Shown here: piece by piece, positions 49,453 through 59,094 of the stretch | How the letters are laid out: every line of letters begins with the position of its first letter | Numbering within the stretch: the first letter of the stretch is position 1 | Origin: a virus | Lineage: Duplodnaviria > Caudoviricetes | Length of the DNA: 64,000 nt | IMG/VR virus record: IMGVR_UViG_3300026549_000034 | Span: 96,001-160,000 of that record | Strand: one strand, 5' to 3' | Notes under the pieces: model-generated | Databases searched by the model: none | Told to the model about the DNA's origin: nothing | The model's input: only the letters and a program-made list of their open reading frames with translations | Translations under genes and position numbers: made by a program

Positions 49453-50136
49453 ATGAAAAACCTAAAAGACGTCATTATAGAGAAGCTCAATATAAAAAAT
49501 ATTAAAATACAATATACTTGTCATCCAAAAACAAAAGTAGAACTTCAATTAATATTGAGAGAAAGACTATCAAAAGATAATAATGCTAATTTGAATGATA
49601 TTGATGTTAGTGATATAACCGATATGTCTAATTTATTTGAAAAATTAAATCCTCATAATATAGATATATCTGAATGGAATGTATCAAATGTTATCAATAT
49701 GAGTTATATGTTTTATGATTGTCAAAATTTTAACTGTGACTTAAGTAAATGGGACGTAAGTAATGTTACAAATATGATAAATATGTTTTATGATTGCAAA
49801 GAATTTAATTCTGACTTAAGCAAATGGAATGTAAGTAATGTTAAAAAAATGAATGGTACATTTGCTGGCTGTATAAAATTTAATTCTGATCTAAGCAATT
49901 GGGATGTTAGTAATGTTAATAATATGGGTGGACTATTTGCTAGATGCCAAAATTTTAATGCAGATCTAAGTAATTGGAATGTATCTAATGTTCAAAACAT
50001 GGTAAATATGTTTTATGAATGTGAAAAATTTAAAGGCAAAGGATTAGAAAAATGGAAACCAACCAAATTATTAATATATAAGAATATATTTTATAAGACT
50101 CAATTAGAAAAAAATCCTCCAAAATGGTATAAATAA
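49453..50136 (+). CDS. DUF285/BspA-like repeat protein (5 repeats plus a degenerate one) with EKLNIK leader
   Basis: MKNLKDVIIEKLNIKNI; 25-aa repeats. Confidence 0.88.
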   Translation: MKNLKDVIIEKLNIKNIKIQYTCHPKTKVELQLILRERLSKDNNANLNDIDVSDITDMSNLFEKLNPHNIDISEWNVSNVINMSYMFYDCQNFNCDLSKWDVSNVTNMINMFYDCKEFNSDLSKWNVSNVKKMNGTFAGCIKFNSDLSNWDVSNVNNMGGLFARCQNFNADLSNWNVSNVQNMVNMFYECEKFKGKGLEKWKPTKLLIYKNIFYKTQLEKNPPKWYK

Positions 50137-50177
50137 TAATTAAATATAAAGAATAGATTAAAGTAGTATTAATTAAC

Positions 50178-50209
50178 AAAGGGAATTTCTTTTGAAAGAA
50201 ATTCCCTTT
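50178..50209. terminator. Bidirectional terminator hairpin
   Basis: AAAGGGAATTTCTTT-TG-AAAGAAATTCCCTTT between convergent genes. Confidence 0.82.
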
Positions 50210-50242
50210 TATTATGTTATGTTTATGTTATGTAAATTTTAC

Positions 50243-52153
50243 TTATTGAATTGAAAAATCACTATCTGCTAATATATAGAATAATTTAGTATTATATTCT
50301 TTTGCCAATTCTTTCATTTCTGATTGAGAATCATTATTAGCAATAAATATAACCATACCAGCAATATCATTAATAAGTTTTTTGACTTTATTCTTATCAA
50401 CCGAAGATGCGGCATCTGTAATAATAATATTTATAAGGAATGTATTTGTTTCATTTTTTATGTAATCAAATATATCACTAAAATCGCATGTTCCACCATC
50501 TGCAGATGCCTTCTTACCATAAGGTATTTCCTTAATATTCATATCAAATGCGAATATCTTAAATACTACTTCATCTACAACAGCTTCTTTACTAAATTGT
50601 TTTTTAAGTGATTCACAAATAGTATAACATGCTTTAAATACATTATCTATAGAACCTCCCATTGATCCGGACTTATCAATATAGAATGCTGCATTAATAG
50701 TTAATTTATCATCTTTTATCTTTTTTCCAGGATTAATAATTGTTCCACTTGTTACAAAACCTGCACCTCTTTTAAATCTTGAATATGTTTTCTTATATTG
50801 ACGTTTCTTTTGGAATACTTTATTCTTCACATATTTATTTATAATTGAATTCATTTCAAGATTCCATGAAGCAGTTCCCTTTGAAATTTTTTGTGCTAAT
50901 CCATTCTTTTCAAGTTTAATTGATGATTTACATTTATTAATGAATTTACCAAAATCACCAGCAATTCTACTTTTATACTTTTCAATGATATTTTGTGCTT
51001 TTGTTTTAATTTGTTCTAAATCAGCATCACTTATTGTATCATTTGATGAATTTGAGTTTCCTTTACCACTACCTGAAGCATTGGTTTTGTTACCGTCATT
51101 TGCATTACTATCTGTATTAGTATCTACATTAGCCTTTTCAGCAGCCTTTTTTGCTTTATCTAATGCATCTTTAGCTTCCTTAGCAGCTTTTTCTTCACCA
51201 GATTTGTCATTAGCATCTTTAGCTTCTTGTGCTCTTTTAGCAGCATCTTTAGCTTCTTTAGCAGCATCTTTAGCTTCCTTAGCAGCATCATCTAATTTTC
51301 CATCATTATTAGCTTTATTTATATTATCGCTAATTTCTTTAGCTTTCTGCGCATTTTGTTTTGCACCTTCTGCTGTATTGTCATCAGCTGAATTACCACC
51401 ATTATTGCTATTATTGCTATTACTACTATTGCTTTGATTATTATCTTGACTGCCTTGACTATCTTGACTACCTTGACCACCTTGGCTACTTTGTGAATTT
51501 GATTCCTGGCCATCACCCTCTGAATCTTGTTCATCCATCATTTGCTTGAGTTTGTCCTTGTCTTTTTCTATTTCTTTTTTCTTTTCAAGTAATTTAAGAT
51601 ATAATGTATATTGAGTATCTGACTTTCTATCATAGTCAACATCATATTCTTTCTTTAAGTATTCAGGAAAAATACCATCTTCAAATCTTTCCTTTTTTCT
51701 GTAATAATAAAGATAGTCATTAATTACACAGTCAGATGCAATGTTTAAAAGCATATGATTATACTCATAACCGGCAGCTTTAATTTTTTCAGCTACACCA
51801 AAAGTATCCCATAGTTGATGAAGGCACTCATGATCATATACAAATTCCCATTTTCTTATACTTTTACCTATGATATCATTAGGAGCATTTAAGTATATTA
51901 ATTTATTTGGGTCTGTAAATGCAACATGTTTAGCTGCTTCTGGATTTTCATACGGATTCAAAAATCTAGTAAATTCAAGCATATCATAAAAGAACATATC
52001 ATCATTATTATCTGCAGTATCATCAATATACTCTATTAGTTTTACTCTAAAGTTTTCTTCATGATCATGTTCAGATACTTCTATTAAAGACTGTTTTGTT
52101 AATGCAAAATCTTTACTATTTAATAATGAACTTTTTATTTCCATACTTAACAA
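50243..52153 (-). CDS. Metallopeptidase-like (HExxH) plus VWA domain protein (DUF2201-like)
   Basis: HECLH...NIASDCVIN; low-complexity SQG/KEAKDAA linker; MIDAS DKSGS, GGT, IITD. Confidence 0.85.
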   Translation of the reverse strand: MLSMEIKSSLLNSKDFALTKQSLIEVSEHDHEENFRVKLIEYIDDTADNNDDMFFYDMLEFTRFLNPYENPEAAKHVAFTDPNKLIYLNAPNDIIGKSIRKWEFVYDHECLHQLWDTFGVAEKIKAAGYEYNHMLLNIASDCVINDYLYYYRKKERFEDGIFPEYLKKEYDVDYDRKSDTQYTLYLKLLEKKKEIEKDKDKLKQMMDEQDSEGDGQESNSQSSQGGQGSQDSQGSQDNNQSNSSNSNNSNNGGNSADDNTAEGAKQNAQKAKEISDNINKANNDGKLDDAAKEAKDAAKEAKDAAKRAQEAKDANDKSGEEKAAKEAKDALDKAKKAAEKANVDTNTDSNANDGNKTNASGSGKGNSNSSNDTISDADLEQIKTKAQNIIEKYKSRIAGDFGKFINKCKSSIKLEKNGLAQKISKGTASWNLEMNSIINKYVKNKVFQKKRQYKKTYSRFKRGAGFVTSGTIINPGKKIKDDKLTINAAFYIDKSGSMGGSIDNVFKACYTICESLKKQFSKEAVVDEVVFKIFAFDMNIKEIPYGKKASADGGTCDFSDIFDYIKNETNTFLINIIITDAASSVDKNKVKKLINDIAGMVIFIANNDSQSEMKELAKEYNTKLFYILADSDFSIQ

Positions 52154-52470
52154 TTAATAAATTTTTTCTTCTTTTCGAAAATCTTAGTATAATACCATGG
52201 CTTAACATTATCAACCTTCTTAGATATTGTTCTATATGATACAACATTATTATGCTTTAATATTTGTGAATCTTTATCATTTATAACAAATATTGTAGCA
52301 TTATTAATAGCATCAGTATATCCAGGAGTAAAATTAAAATCTAAATATTGATCAATTTCCCCATTGTTGTTTGTATATTCTCTTGATACTAATTGAGGTT
52401 CTACGCAAAATTGATAAAAATCATCATCATTATCAAAATATATAACATTTAAGTCATTATCTATTAACAT
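52147..52470 (-). CDS. Hypothetical protein
   Basis: 107-aa ORF between the MoxR and VWA genes. Confidence 0.65.
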   Translation of the reverse strand: MLIDNDLNVIYFDNDDDFYQFCVEPQLVSREYTNNNGEIDQYLDFNFTPGYTDAINNATIFVINDKDSQILKHNNVVSYRTISKKVDNVKPWYYTKIFEKKKKFINC

Positions 52471-52532
52471 TATTAATTATACTAAAATATATTTTGCTTT
52501 AATATTAAAATAGTAAACTAAATTTACAATGT

Positions 52533-53819
52533 TTAATCTTCGAATGGATCCTTATATCCTTCCTTCTTCCATTGTTCATCTTTAGTAAACTTATACTTAA
52601 TATTATCAGTCTCTAATTTACGGAGATATCTTTCTACCATTTCTGCATTAAGATCACCTAATTCACAGAATGTCTTTACTATATTTTCTTCTGAAATACC
52701 ATATCTTACAACTTTACCATTTTCTTCTTGGGCAATAAATCCGTTCTCTATACCAAATTTAATTCCATCCTTTATTTGTTGTGTAAGCATATCTGAATCT
52801 TTTTTGTTTCCTGAACGACCAGTGGTATTTTCATCTTTCTTTTCAGCAGAATTCATAAAGTCATAGCAAGCTTCTGCTAATTCATCAATTTCTTTTTCTT
52901 GTGTTCTAGAAAGATCATCTTTTACAAGACCTTGAATTTGTTCTTTCCAATCATCTGCATCAAATATATCATAGTCACCGTCTTCACGAAGGTTAAAGAT
53001 AGATTCAATCATGAAACTTTCTACATCACGAGGATTTTTGAATATAGATGCGTGATCTTTAAATGTGTCTAATAATTCTTTAGATAATTTGTCATCCCAT
53101 TTCTTATGTAAATGTGCAAAGGCAGCATCCCAATCGCCACTTTCCCAAGTAATGATACCGCCAAAACGAGAAAGCAGTGGTCCAGAAAGTTCATTAACTG
53201 CTCCATTTTCTGATTCAAAGTTACCAGCAGCACCAACAATAAAGTTTTCAAACTTATGACCGCATACTTCATTCTTAAGTACAATAGGCATAAGAGCATT
53301 CATTACGTCAGGAGCAGCTTGGTTCATTTCATCAAAGAACAATAAGAATTGTGTTTCAGGATTGTCATACATAACTTTTGCCCAAGCTGGCATAAGTGTA
53401 GCTACATAATCAGCACCCTTCTTTGATTTCTTAGCAACTGGAAGACCACCTAAGTCAGTAGCTTCAGCTTTATCAAGATATACTGTTATAACTGTACGTT
53501 TGCATTGATGAGCAAGCTGTGTAATAATAGATGTCTTACCCCAACCAGCTTCACCTTGAATAAAGAATGGCTTCTTTGACTTAAGACGCATTAAGATTCT
53601 TTTCTTGTTACGGGTTAATGTATTTTTGTCAATACCGTTAACTATATCATCTTCTGTAGGAGGTTCAACAGCCCATACACCGCCTGAGCCATTTTCTTCT
53701 TCATCCTGTCCCTTTACATCTTTCAATTCAGGAGCTTCTTCTTTATCAGACTTTTTTGTACGATATTCATTAATGATACCTTCATTAATTTCATTTACAA
53801 ATGTATTTAATGATTTCAT
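52533..53819 (-). CDS. MoxR-type AAA+ ATPase
   Basis: GEAGWGKT, DLGGLP, LFFDEMNQA, AAGN, PLLSRF; paired with a VWA protein. Confidence 0.88.
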   Translation of the reverse strand: MKSLNTFVNEINEGIINEYRTKKSDKEEAPELKDVKGQDEEENGSGGVWAVEPPTEDDIVNGIDKNTLTRNKKRILMRLKSKKPFFIQGEAGWGKTSIITQLAHQCKRTVITVYLDKAEATDLGGLPVAKKSKKGADYVATLMPAWAKVMYDNPETQFLLFFDEMNQAAPDVMNALMPIVLKNEVCGHKFENFIVGAAGNFESENGAVNELSGPLLSRFGGIITWESGDWDAAFAHLHKKWDDKLSKELLDTFKDHASIFKNPRDVESFMIESIFNLREDGDYDIFDADDWKEQIQGLVKDDLSRTQEKEIDELAEACYDFMNSAEKKDENTTGRSGNKKDSDMLTQQIKDGIKFGIENGFIAQEENGKVVRYGISEENIVKTFCELGDLNAEMVERYLRKLETDNIKYKFTKDEQWKKEGYKDPFED

Positions 53820-53979
53820 ATATATTATAAGTATTTTTATATTTTCTTTCTTCTATATATTTAAAAATAAAAATTTGGTTTTACTATAATTATAACAACA
53901 TATATTTTTTTAGAATAATTATTAAATTGAATTTCTATAAATTTTTATTCTATTTTAAATAAATTTATAAATATAAGAT

Positions 53980-54645
53980 ATGTTAAGTAAAATTGATAAA
54001 ATATACATTATATCATATACTAAAAATGATATATCACGACAACATATAAAAGAACAACTTAATTATCATGGAATAACTGACTTTGAATTTATATATACTT
54101 ATAATGTATCTGAAAATATTATAAACAACCCACATAATCTTAGTATTCAGCACCTAAGTGTATCTTTTACTCATTATGATATTATTAAGAAAAGTTATGA
54201 ATTAGGATTAGAAAGAATACTTATTTTTGAAGATGATGTACTTTTTCTACAAGACAAAAAGTTATTTAATGAAGTTTTGAATAAAGGTATAGAATCATCT
54301 GCGGACATATATATGTATGATTATAGTAAAAGAAATACAAATATAGAAAATGTATATGCTTTTATATTAACATCAGGATATATGCTAAATAGAAATGGTA
54401 TGAAGTTTATGATTGATAATTATGAAAATGACCCATTTATAATTGATGAATATTTTTATTATGATGAAACAAATAAATACTTTATAGATAATATATATTT
54501 TAATTTAAATAAAAATTCATTTACTTTATATATTCAGAATAGAAATACAACACTTAAATATGCTGATATACATTTATGTCATCAAGGACCTAATTATTAT
54601 GTAGAAAATGATAATATAAATGAAGACTTATATTTTAAATATTAA
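53980..54645 (+). CDS. Glycosyltransferase family 25-like
   Basis: KIYIIS...R, SFTHYDI, LIFEDDV, GYMLN motifs. Confidence 0.75.
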   Translation: MLSKIDKIYIISYTKNDISRQHIKEQLNYHGITDFEFIYTYNVSENIINNPHNLSIQHLSVSFTHYDIIKKSYELGLERILIFEDDVLFLQDKKLFNEVLNKGIESSADIYMYDYSKRNTNIENVYAFILTSGYMLNRNGMKFMIDNYENDPFIIDEYFYYDETNKYFIDNIYFNLNKNSFTLYIQNRNTTLKYADIHLCHQGPNYYVENDNINEDLYFKY

Positions 54646-54674
54646 TTGAATTTCTACAGATTTTTTACTATATT
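54646..54674 (+). promoter_or_regulatory. Class A promoter candidate TTGAAT-N17-TATATT
   Basis: Exact motif upstream of the topoisomerase gene. Confidence 0.65.
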
Positions 54675-54704
54675 TTATTACTATAGATAATTAATTGAAA
54701 TAAT

Positions 54705-56606
54705 ATGACAAAGAAAATTGAAGAAAAGTATACATCAATGTCAGAACGTCAACATATATTAAGTCGTTCTGGAATGTATATTGGTTCTATTAAAGAGGAG
54801 GAAAATCAAGTATTTATATATGATGCTGATGAAAATAAGATGATTATGAAGGATGTCATCTATTCACCAGCAATGCTTAAATTGTTTGATGAAATATTGT
54901 CAAACTCATGTGATGAATTCCGTCGCAAAGATAATATGGGATTGACAACTATATCTATACTAATAGATAGAACAACAAATGCAATTACTATTGAAGACAA
55001 CGGCGGTATTCCTATTGTAAAGCATAAGGAAGCAAAAGTATATGTTCCTGAATTTATTTTTGGACAACTTAGAACATCTTCAAACTATGATGATACTGAA
55101 GATAGAAATGTTATTGGAACAAATGGTCTTGGTTCAGTATTAAGTAATATCTTTTCAAAAAAGTTTATTGTAGAATCCGCGGACAAGAAAAACAAACTTC
55201 ATGTAGAATGGACGGATAATATGGAGCATAAATCTGAACCAGTAATCAGTAAATGTTCAGATCATTATACAAAAACTACATTCTATATTGATTTTGATAG
55301 GTTTGACCAAAAGACATTCGGTATTACTGATGATTTTGTATCTATACTTCATAAACGTTGTATAGATGCTGCAGCAGCTAATTTGGGATTAACTATTAAC
55401 TTTACTGAAAAAACAAAAGAAACAACAAATAAGAATAAATGGAAGTTTAAGAAGTTTGAAGAATACATGGAACTTTATTCAGACTACATTGATCTTTCAT
55501 GTATTATATCTTATAAGGATAATAAAAAACAAATTTGGATATGCCCGGACAGTGAAGTTGATGTGGCATTTGTAAATGGTGCGGAATGTTCAAAAGGTAC
55601 ACATATCAAAGCAGTAAGATATCCAGTAGGTCATGTCATTACTGAAATACTTAAAAAGAAACATAAGATAGATGTAACTAATAAAGCAATAGATACTAAA
55701 TATGGAGTGTTTGGAATATTTGATATAAGTAATCCAACATATAGTTCACAGACTAAAGAAGAACTTACAAATTCACAAGATAGCTTCTATAAGGATGGAT
55801 CGGAATTCAAATTGTCTGATGACTTTCTTAAGAAATGCCAGAAATCAGAAATTGTTGATCTGGTAATAGATTGGTATAAGAAAAAATGTGAAGCAGAAGA
55901 TCAAGCAAAAATCCGTAAACTTAATCGTGAAGCAAAGAAACTATTAAGATCTGACAAATTTATTAATTGTACATCAAAGAAAAATAGAGAAAAAGAACTC
56001 TGGGTCTATGAGGGAGACTCCGCCCACACAGGATTCAGAATGGCAAGAAATCCACAAACACAAGCAAGTTATAGAATGAGAGGAGTACCTTTAAATTGTA
56101 TTGGTATGACAGCAACGCAGGTAATGAAAAACCAAGTATTTAATGATATAGTAAATATTATTGGTCTACAATGGGGTCAATATAATAATGTAGATGATTT
56201 GAAATTTGGTAAGTTCATTATTACTTCTGATGCTGACTATGATGGTGATAAGATTGCAAGTCTATTACTTGTATTTGCTATGCATTTTCCTGAGCTGTTT
56301 GATCAAGGATTTATATATAGGGTTGTTACCCCAATTATAACAGCAACTAAAGGAAAAGACCATAGAGTTTATTATACCAGAGAAGAATATGAAAAAGATT
56401 CTAAAAAACTTAAAGGATATGTCATAAAGTATTTGAAAGGAGTAGGTACACAAACTAATGCAGATACTAAAGAAATGATGACAAATCCTAAACTTATTAA
56501 ATTTACTAAAGACAATATGGCTGAACTTATGATTAAGAAATGGTTTGGTAAGGGTGAAGCAAGTACAAGAAAGAGTATATTAAAAGATGATGTAGAAGCA
56601 GAATAA
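54705..56606 (+). CDS. Type II DNA topoisomerase, ATPase/TOPRIM subunit (T4 gp39+gp60-like)
   Basis: GMYIG, EILSNSCDE, DNGGIP, TSSNYDD, GTNGLG, EGDSA, DADYDG, KGVGT. Confidence 0.95.
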   Translation: MTKKIEEKYTSMSERQHILSRSGMYIGSIKEEENQVFIYDADENKMIMKDVIYSPAMLKLFDEILSNSCDEFRRKDNMGLTTISILIDRTTNAITIEDNGGIPIVKHKEAKVYVPEFIFGQLRTSSNYDDTEDRNVIGTNGLGSVLSNIFSKKFIVESADKKNKLHVEWTDNMEHKSEPVISKCSDHYTKTTFYIDFDRFDQKTFGITDDFVSILHKRCIDAAAANLGLTINFTEKTKETTNKNKWKFKKFEEYMELYSDYIDLSCIISYKDNKKQIWICPDSEVDVAFVNGAECSKGTHIKAVRYPVGHVITEILKKKHKIDVTNKAIDTKYGVFGIFDISNPTYSSQTKEELTNSQDSFYKDGSEFKLSDDFLKKCQKSEIVDLVIDWYKKKCEAEDQAKIRKLNREAKKLLRSDKFINCTSKKNREKELWVYEGDSAHTGFRMARNPQTQASYRMRGVPLNCIGMTATQVMKNQVFNDIVNIIGLQWGQYNNVDDLKFGKFIITSDADYDGDKIASLLLVFAMHFPELFDQGFIYRVVTPIITATKGKDHRVYYTREEYEKDSKKLKGYVIKYLKGVGTQTNADTKEMMTNPKLIKFTKDNMAELMIKKWFGKGEASTRKSILKDDVEAE

Positions 56607-56694
56607 TTAATTATAAAGGAGATATTTTTTATCTCTTTTATATTAAATTGCAAAAATAATATTATTATTAATTAAATAATATAATTATTAAATT

Positions 56695-56901
56695 ATGAGA
56701 TATATAGTTAAAAAGAATATATATACAAATGAAATTGAAGATTGTTGGGATTCATTAAAAAAATGTGCAGATGAAATTGGAGTAAAACCGCCAACAATTA
56801 AACAAGCAATTCGTACAAAAGGTAAATGTAAAAATTATTTTTTTGCATATAAAGAATTAGACAAAAAATATATTTTAGAATTATTAAAAAATGACAGATA
56901 A
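56695..56901 (+). CDS. Small NUMOD1-like helix-turn-helix protein
   Basis: WDSLKKCADEIGV...IKQAI...KCKNYFFAY. Confidence 0.6.
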   Translation: MRYIVKKNIYTNEIEDCWDSLKKCADEIGVKPPTIKQAIRTKGKCKNYFFAYKELDKKYILELLKNDR

Positions 56902-57020
56902 TGATGCTATAAATTGTTGGACTATACGAGATGTATTGAAACGAAATACTGCTAAACAAAACAATTTAAATTATTTGAAATTTTTTACTATATTAGAATT
57001 AGAAAATTGGTTAAAAACAT

Positions 57021-58421
57021 ATGAAGCAGAATCAAAACATTACGGAGAGAACAATATCTAATTTTTTGGATAAGGAATATAGAGGCTACTCGAATTACGT
57101 CATACAAAATCGAGCCTGCCCCTCATTGATTGACGGATTTAAGACGGGTGCAAGAAAGATTATGCATGCAGCTATGAAGGGTTCACTTAAAAATGGCGAG
57201 ACTAAGAAGGTTACTGCATTAGCTGGTGAGACTATGACGCATTCACTTTATCAGCATGGTGACGCAAGCCTCAATGGAACAATCATTACCTTATCACAAG
57301 AATTTGACTTCAATCTAAATCCTCTCTTTATTGATGGTCAAAATGGTTCTTTAAGATCTCAAGATGCAGCAAGTCCTCGTTATCTTTATGTACGTCATTC
57401 TAAATATACTCCTATTTGGAAGACTGACTATGATCTTTTGGAATTTGAAGAGGAAGAAGGAGAACAAGTAGAACCTAAGTATTATTTACCAATTATACCT
57501 GTATTACTTGCACAACGGCAAGAAGGGATGGCTCCGGGCTACAGATTCTCAAATATGTCGTATGATCCTGTAGACATTATAGATGCATGTATAACAGTTT
57601 TAAATTCAAAGAAGAAAGAAAATAAGCTTGATGGATTTGTGTTGCATCCTTATATTAAAGGGATTAAGAAAAAGAATTGGAAATATGAGACTGAAGAAAA
57701 TGAAGTATCTCATTGGGTAAACTATGGAGAATTTAAATGGGATGAGAAAAGAAAAGAAATAATTATAAAAGATCTTCCTTATGATATGGATTTTGATTCC
57801 TTTGAAAAGCTTTTAAATAAATTAGTTGAAAAGGAAGAAATTAAAGATTGGAAAAACTTATCTTCAGGTACGGACATTGAATATCATATTGATTGTAAAA
57901 GGGGCAAATGGGCAGCTACTTTAAAAGGTAAGTTAGTAAATAAGAAAATAGAGCAAAAACTTAAATTACGTAAAGTTGTACCTGATGATTTGCTTTGGGT
58001 TATTGATGAAAATAAGAAAGTAAAGCATTTTAGTACACCTTATGAATTAATAGAATATTTTGTAAACTTCAGATTGCTGAAATATAACGATAGAAAGAAA
58101 CGTTTAGTAAAGATTCTTGAAGAACGTCTTAAGAAGAATGATGATTTAGTTAAGTTTATTGAATTGGTTTGTAAAGGAAAACTTAAGATTAGAAATCGTT
58201 CTAAGAAAGAAATTAAAGTAGACATGGATAGTTACAAATTACCTATGGAGTTAATTAGCACACCAATGAGTAAAGTAACTATTGAAGAACGTGATGAATT
58301 ACTTAAGCAAAATGAAGCAATGAGAAAAGAGCTTGAATATATTAAGAAAACAACAGAAAAGCAAATGTATATTAATGATCTGAATGATCTTAGAAAAGAC
58401 TTAGAAAAGGATTTTAAATAA
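57021..58421 (+). CDS. Type II DNA topoisomerase, cleavage subunit (T4 gp52-like)
   Basis: RACPSLIDGFK, YQHGD, AASPRY catalytic Tyr, EPKYYLPIIP. Confidence 0.95.
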   Translation: MKQNQNITERTISNFLDKEYRGYSNYVIQNRACPSLIDGFKTGARKIMHAAMKGSLKNGETKKVTALAGETMTHSLYQHGDASLNGTIITLSQEFDFNLNPLFIDGQNGSLRSQDAASPRYLYVRHSKYTPIWKTDYDLLEFEEEEGEQVEPKYYLPIIPVLLAQRQEGMAPGYRFSNMSYDPVDIIDACITVLNSKKKENKLDGFVLHPYIKGIKKKNWKYETEENEVSHWVNYGEFKWDEKRKEIIIKDLPYDMDFDSFEKLLNKLVEKEEIKDWKNLSSGTDIEYHIDCKRGKWAATLKGKLVNKKIEQKLKLRKVVPDDLLWVIDENKKVKHFSTPYELIEYFVNFRLLKYNDRKKRLVKILEERLKKNDDLVKFIELVCKGKLKIRNRSKKEIKVDMDSYKLPMELISTPMSKVTIEERDELLKQNEAMRKELEYIKKTTEKQMYINDLNDLRKDLEKDFK

Positions 58422-58439
58422 AAAATAAATATATAAATT

Positions 58440-58736
58440 ATGAATAAACAAAATCAATTAGGAAATATAAGATTACATGTTTTTGAACCTAAAGATTCAA
58501 TAGAACAAAATGATTGGTATAAAGACATAACAACATTTAGTTATTCTAAGTGTTTTGAACATCCAGAATATATACAAATAGGTCATATTGTAGAGGATGA
58601 TATGGGTGGTCGTTTTAGAATATTGTCAATACATCATAAGTGGATGAAAGATGAAAATAATAATCCACAACCAGTTATTGAATTTACTGCTGAAAGATAT
58701 ATGAGACATGGAAAACAGAATCCATATATGATTTAA
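58440..58736 (+). CDS. Hypothetical protein
   Basis: 98-aa ORF. Confidence 0.65.
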   Translation: MNKQNQLGNIRLHVFEPKDSIEQNDWYKDITTFSYSKCFEHPEYIQIGHIVEDDMGGRFRILSIHHKWMKDENNNPQPVIEFTAERYMRHGKQNPYMI

Positions 58737-58772
58737 GTAAACGAATATAATCAACAAAAACAACATTACAAA

Positions 58773-59090
58773 ATGAAAACATTAGGTGAATTGAAAATTG
58801 GGGATGAATTTTATATTGTTCATTATGATGGTGGACATATATATGATATTGAAAAACATATAATTTCTATTGTTAATGAAACAAGGATAGGAGAGATAAT
58901 TAAGTTTTTTGATAGTAGAAATGATTTAATCAGTTTATCTATTGAAAGGGAAGATTACGGAAAGACTAACACATATGCATTTTATTGCGCATTAATAGCT
59001 TCAAATAAAGAGACAGTAAAATTACTTCTAGAAGATGATATGAAACTATTTATAAATAATGTTGAAAGATTAAACACAATTATAAAATAA
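58773..59090 (+). CDS. Hypothetical protein
   Basis: 105-aa ORF. Confidence 0.65.
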   Translation: MKTLGELKIGDEFYIVHYDGGHIYDIEKHIISIVNETRIGEIIKFFDSRNDLISLSIEREDYGKTNTYAFYCALIASNKETVKLLLEDDMKLFINNVERLNTIIK

Positions 59091-59094
59091 CTAT

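Noticed and set aside
48950-50010. 75-nt periodicity resembling a repeat-spacer array
   Set aside because: It is the 25-aa DUF285 protein repeat
31169-51549. Other nested ORFs such as 31169-32047, 36385-36786 and 50940-51437
   Set aside because: Fully overlap well-supported genes and translate to low-complexity mirror sequences
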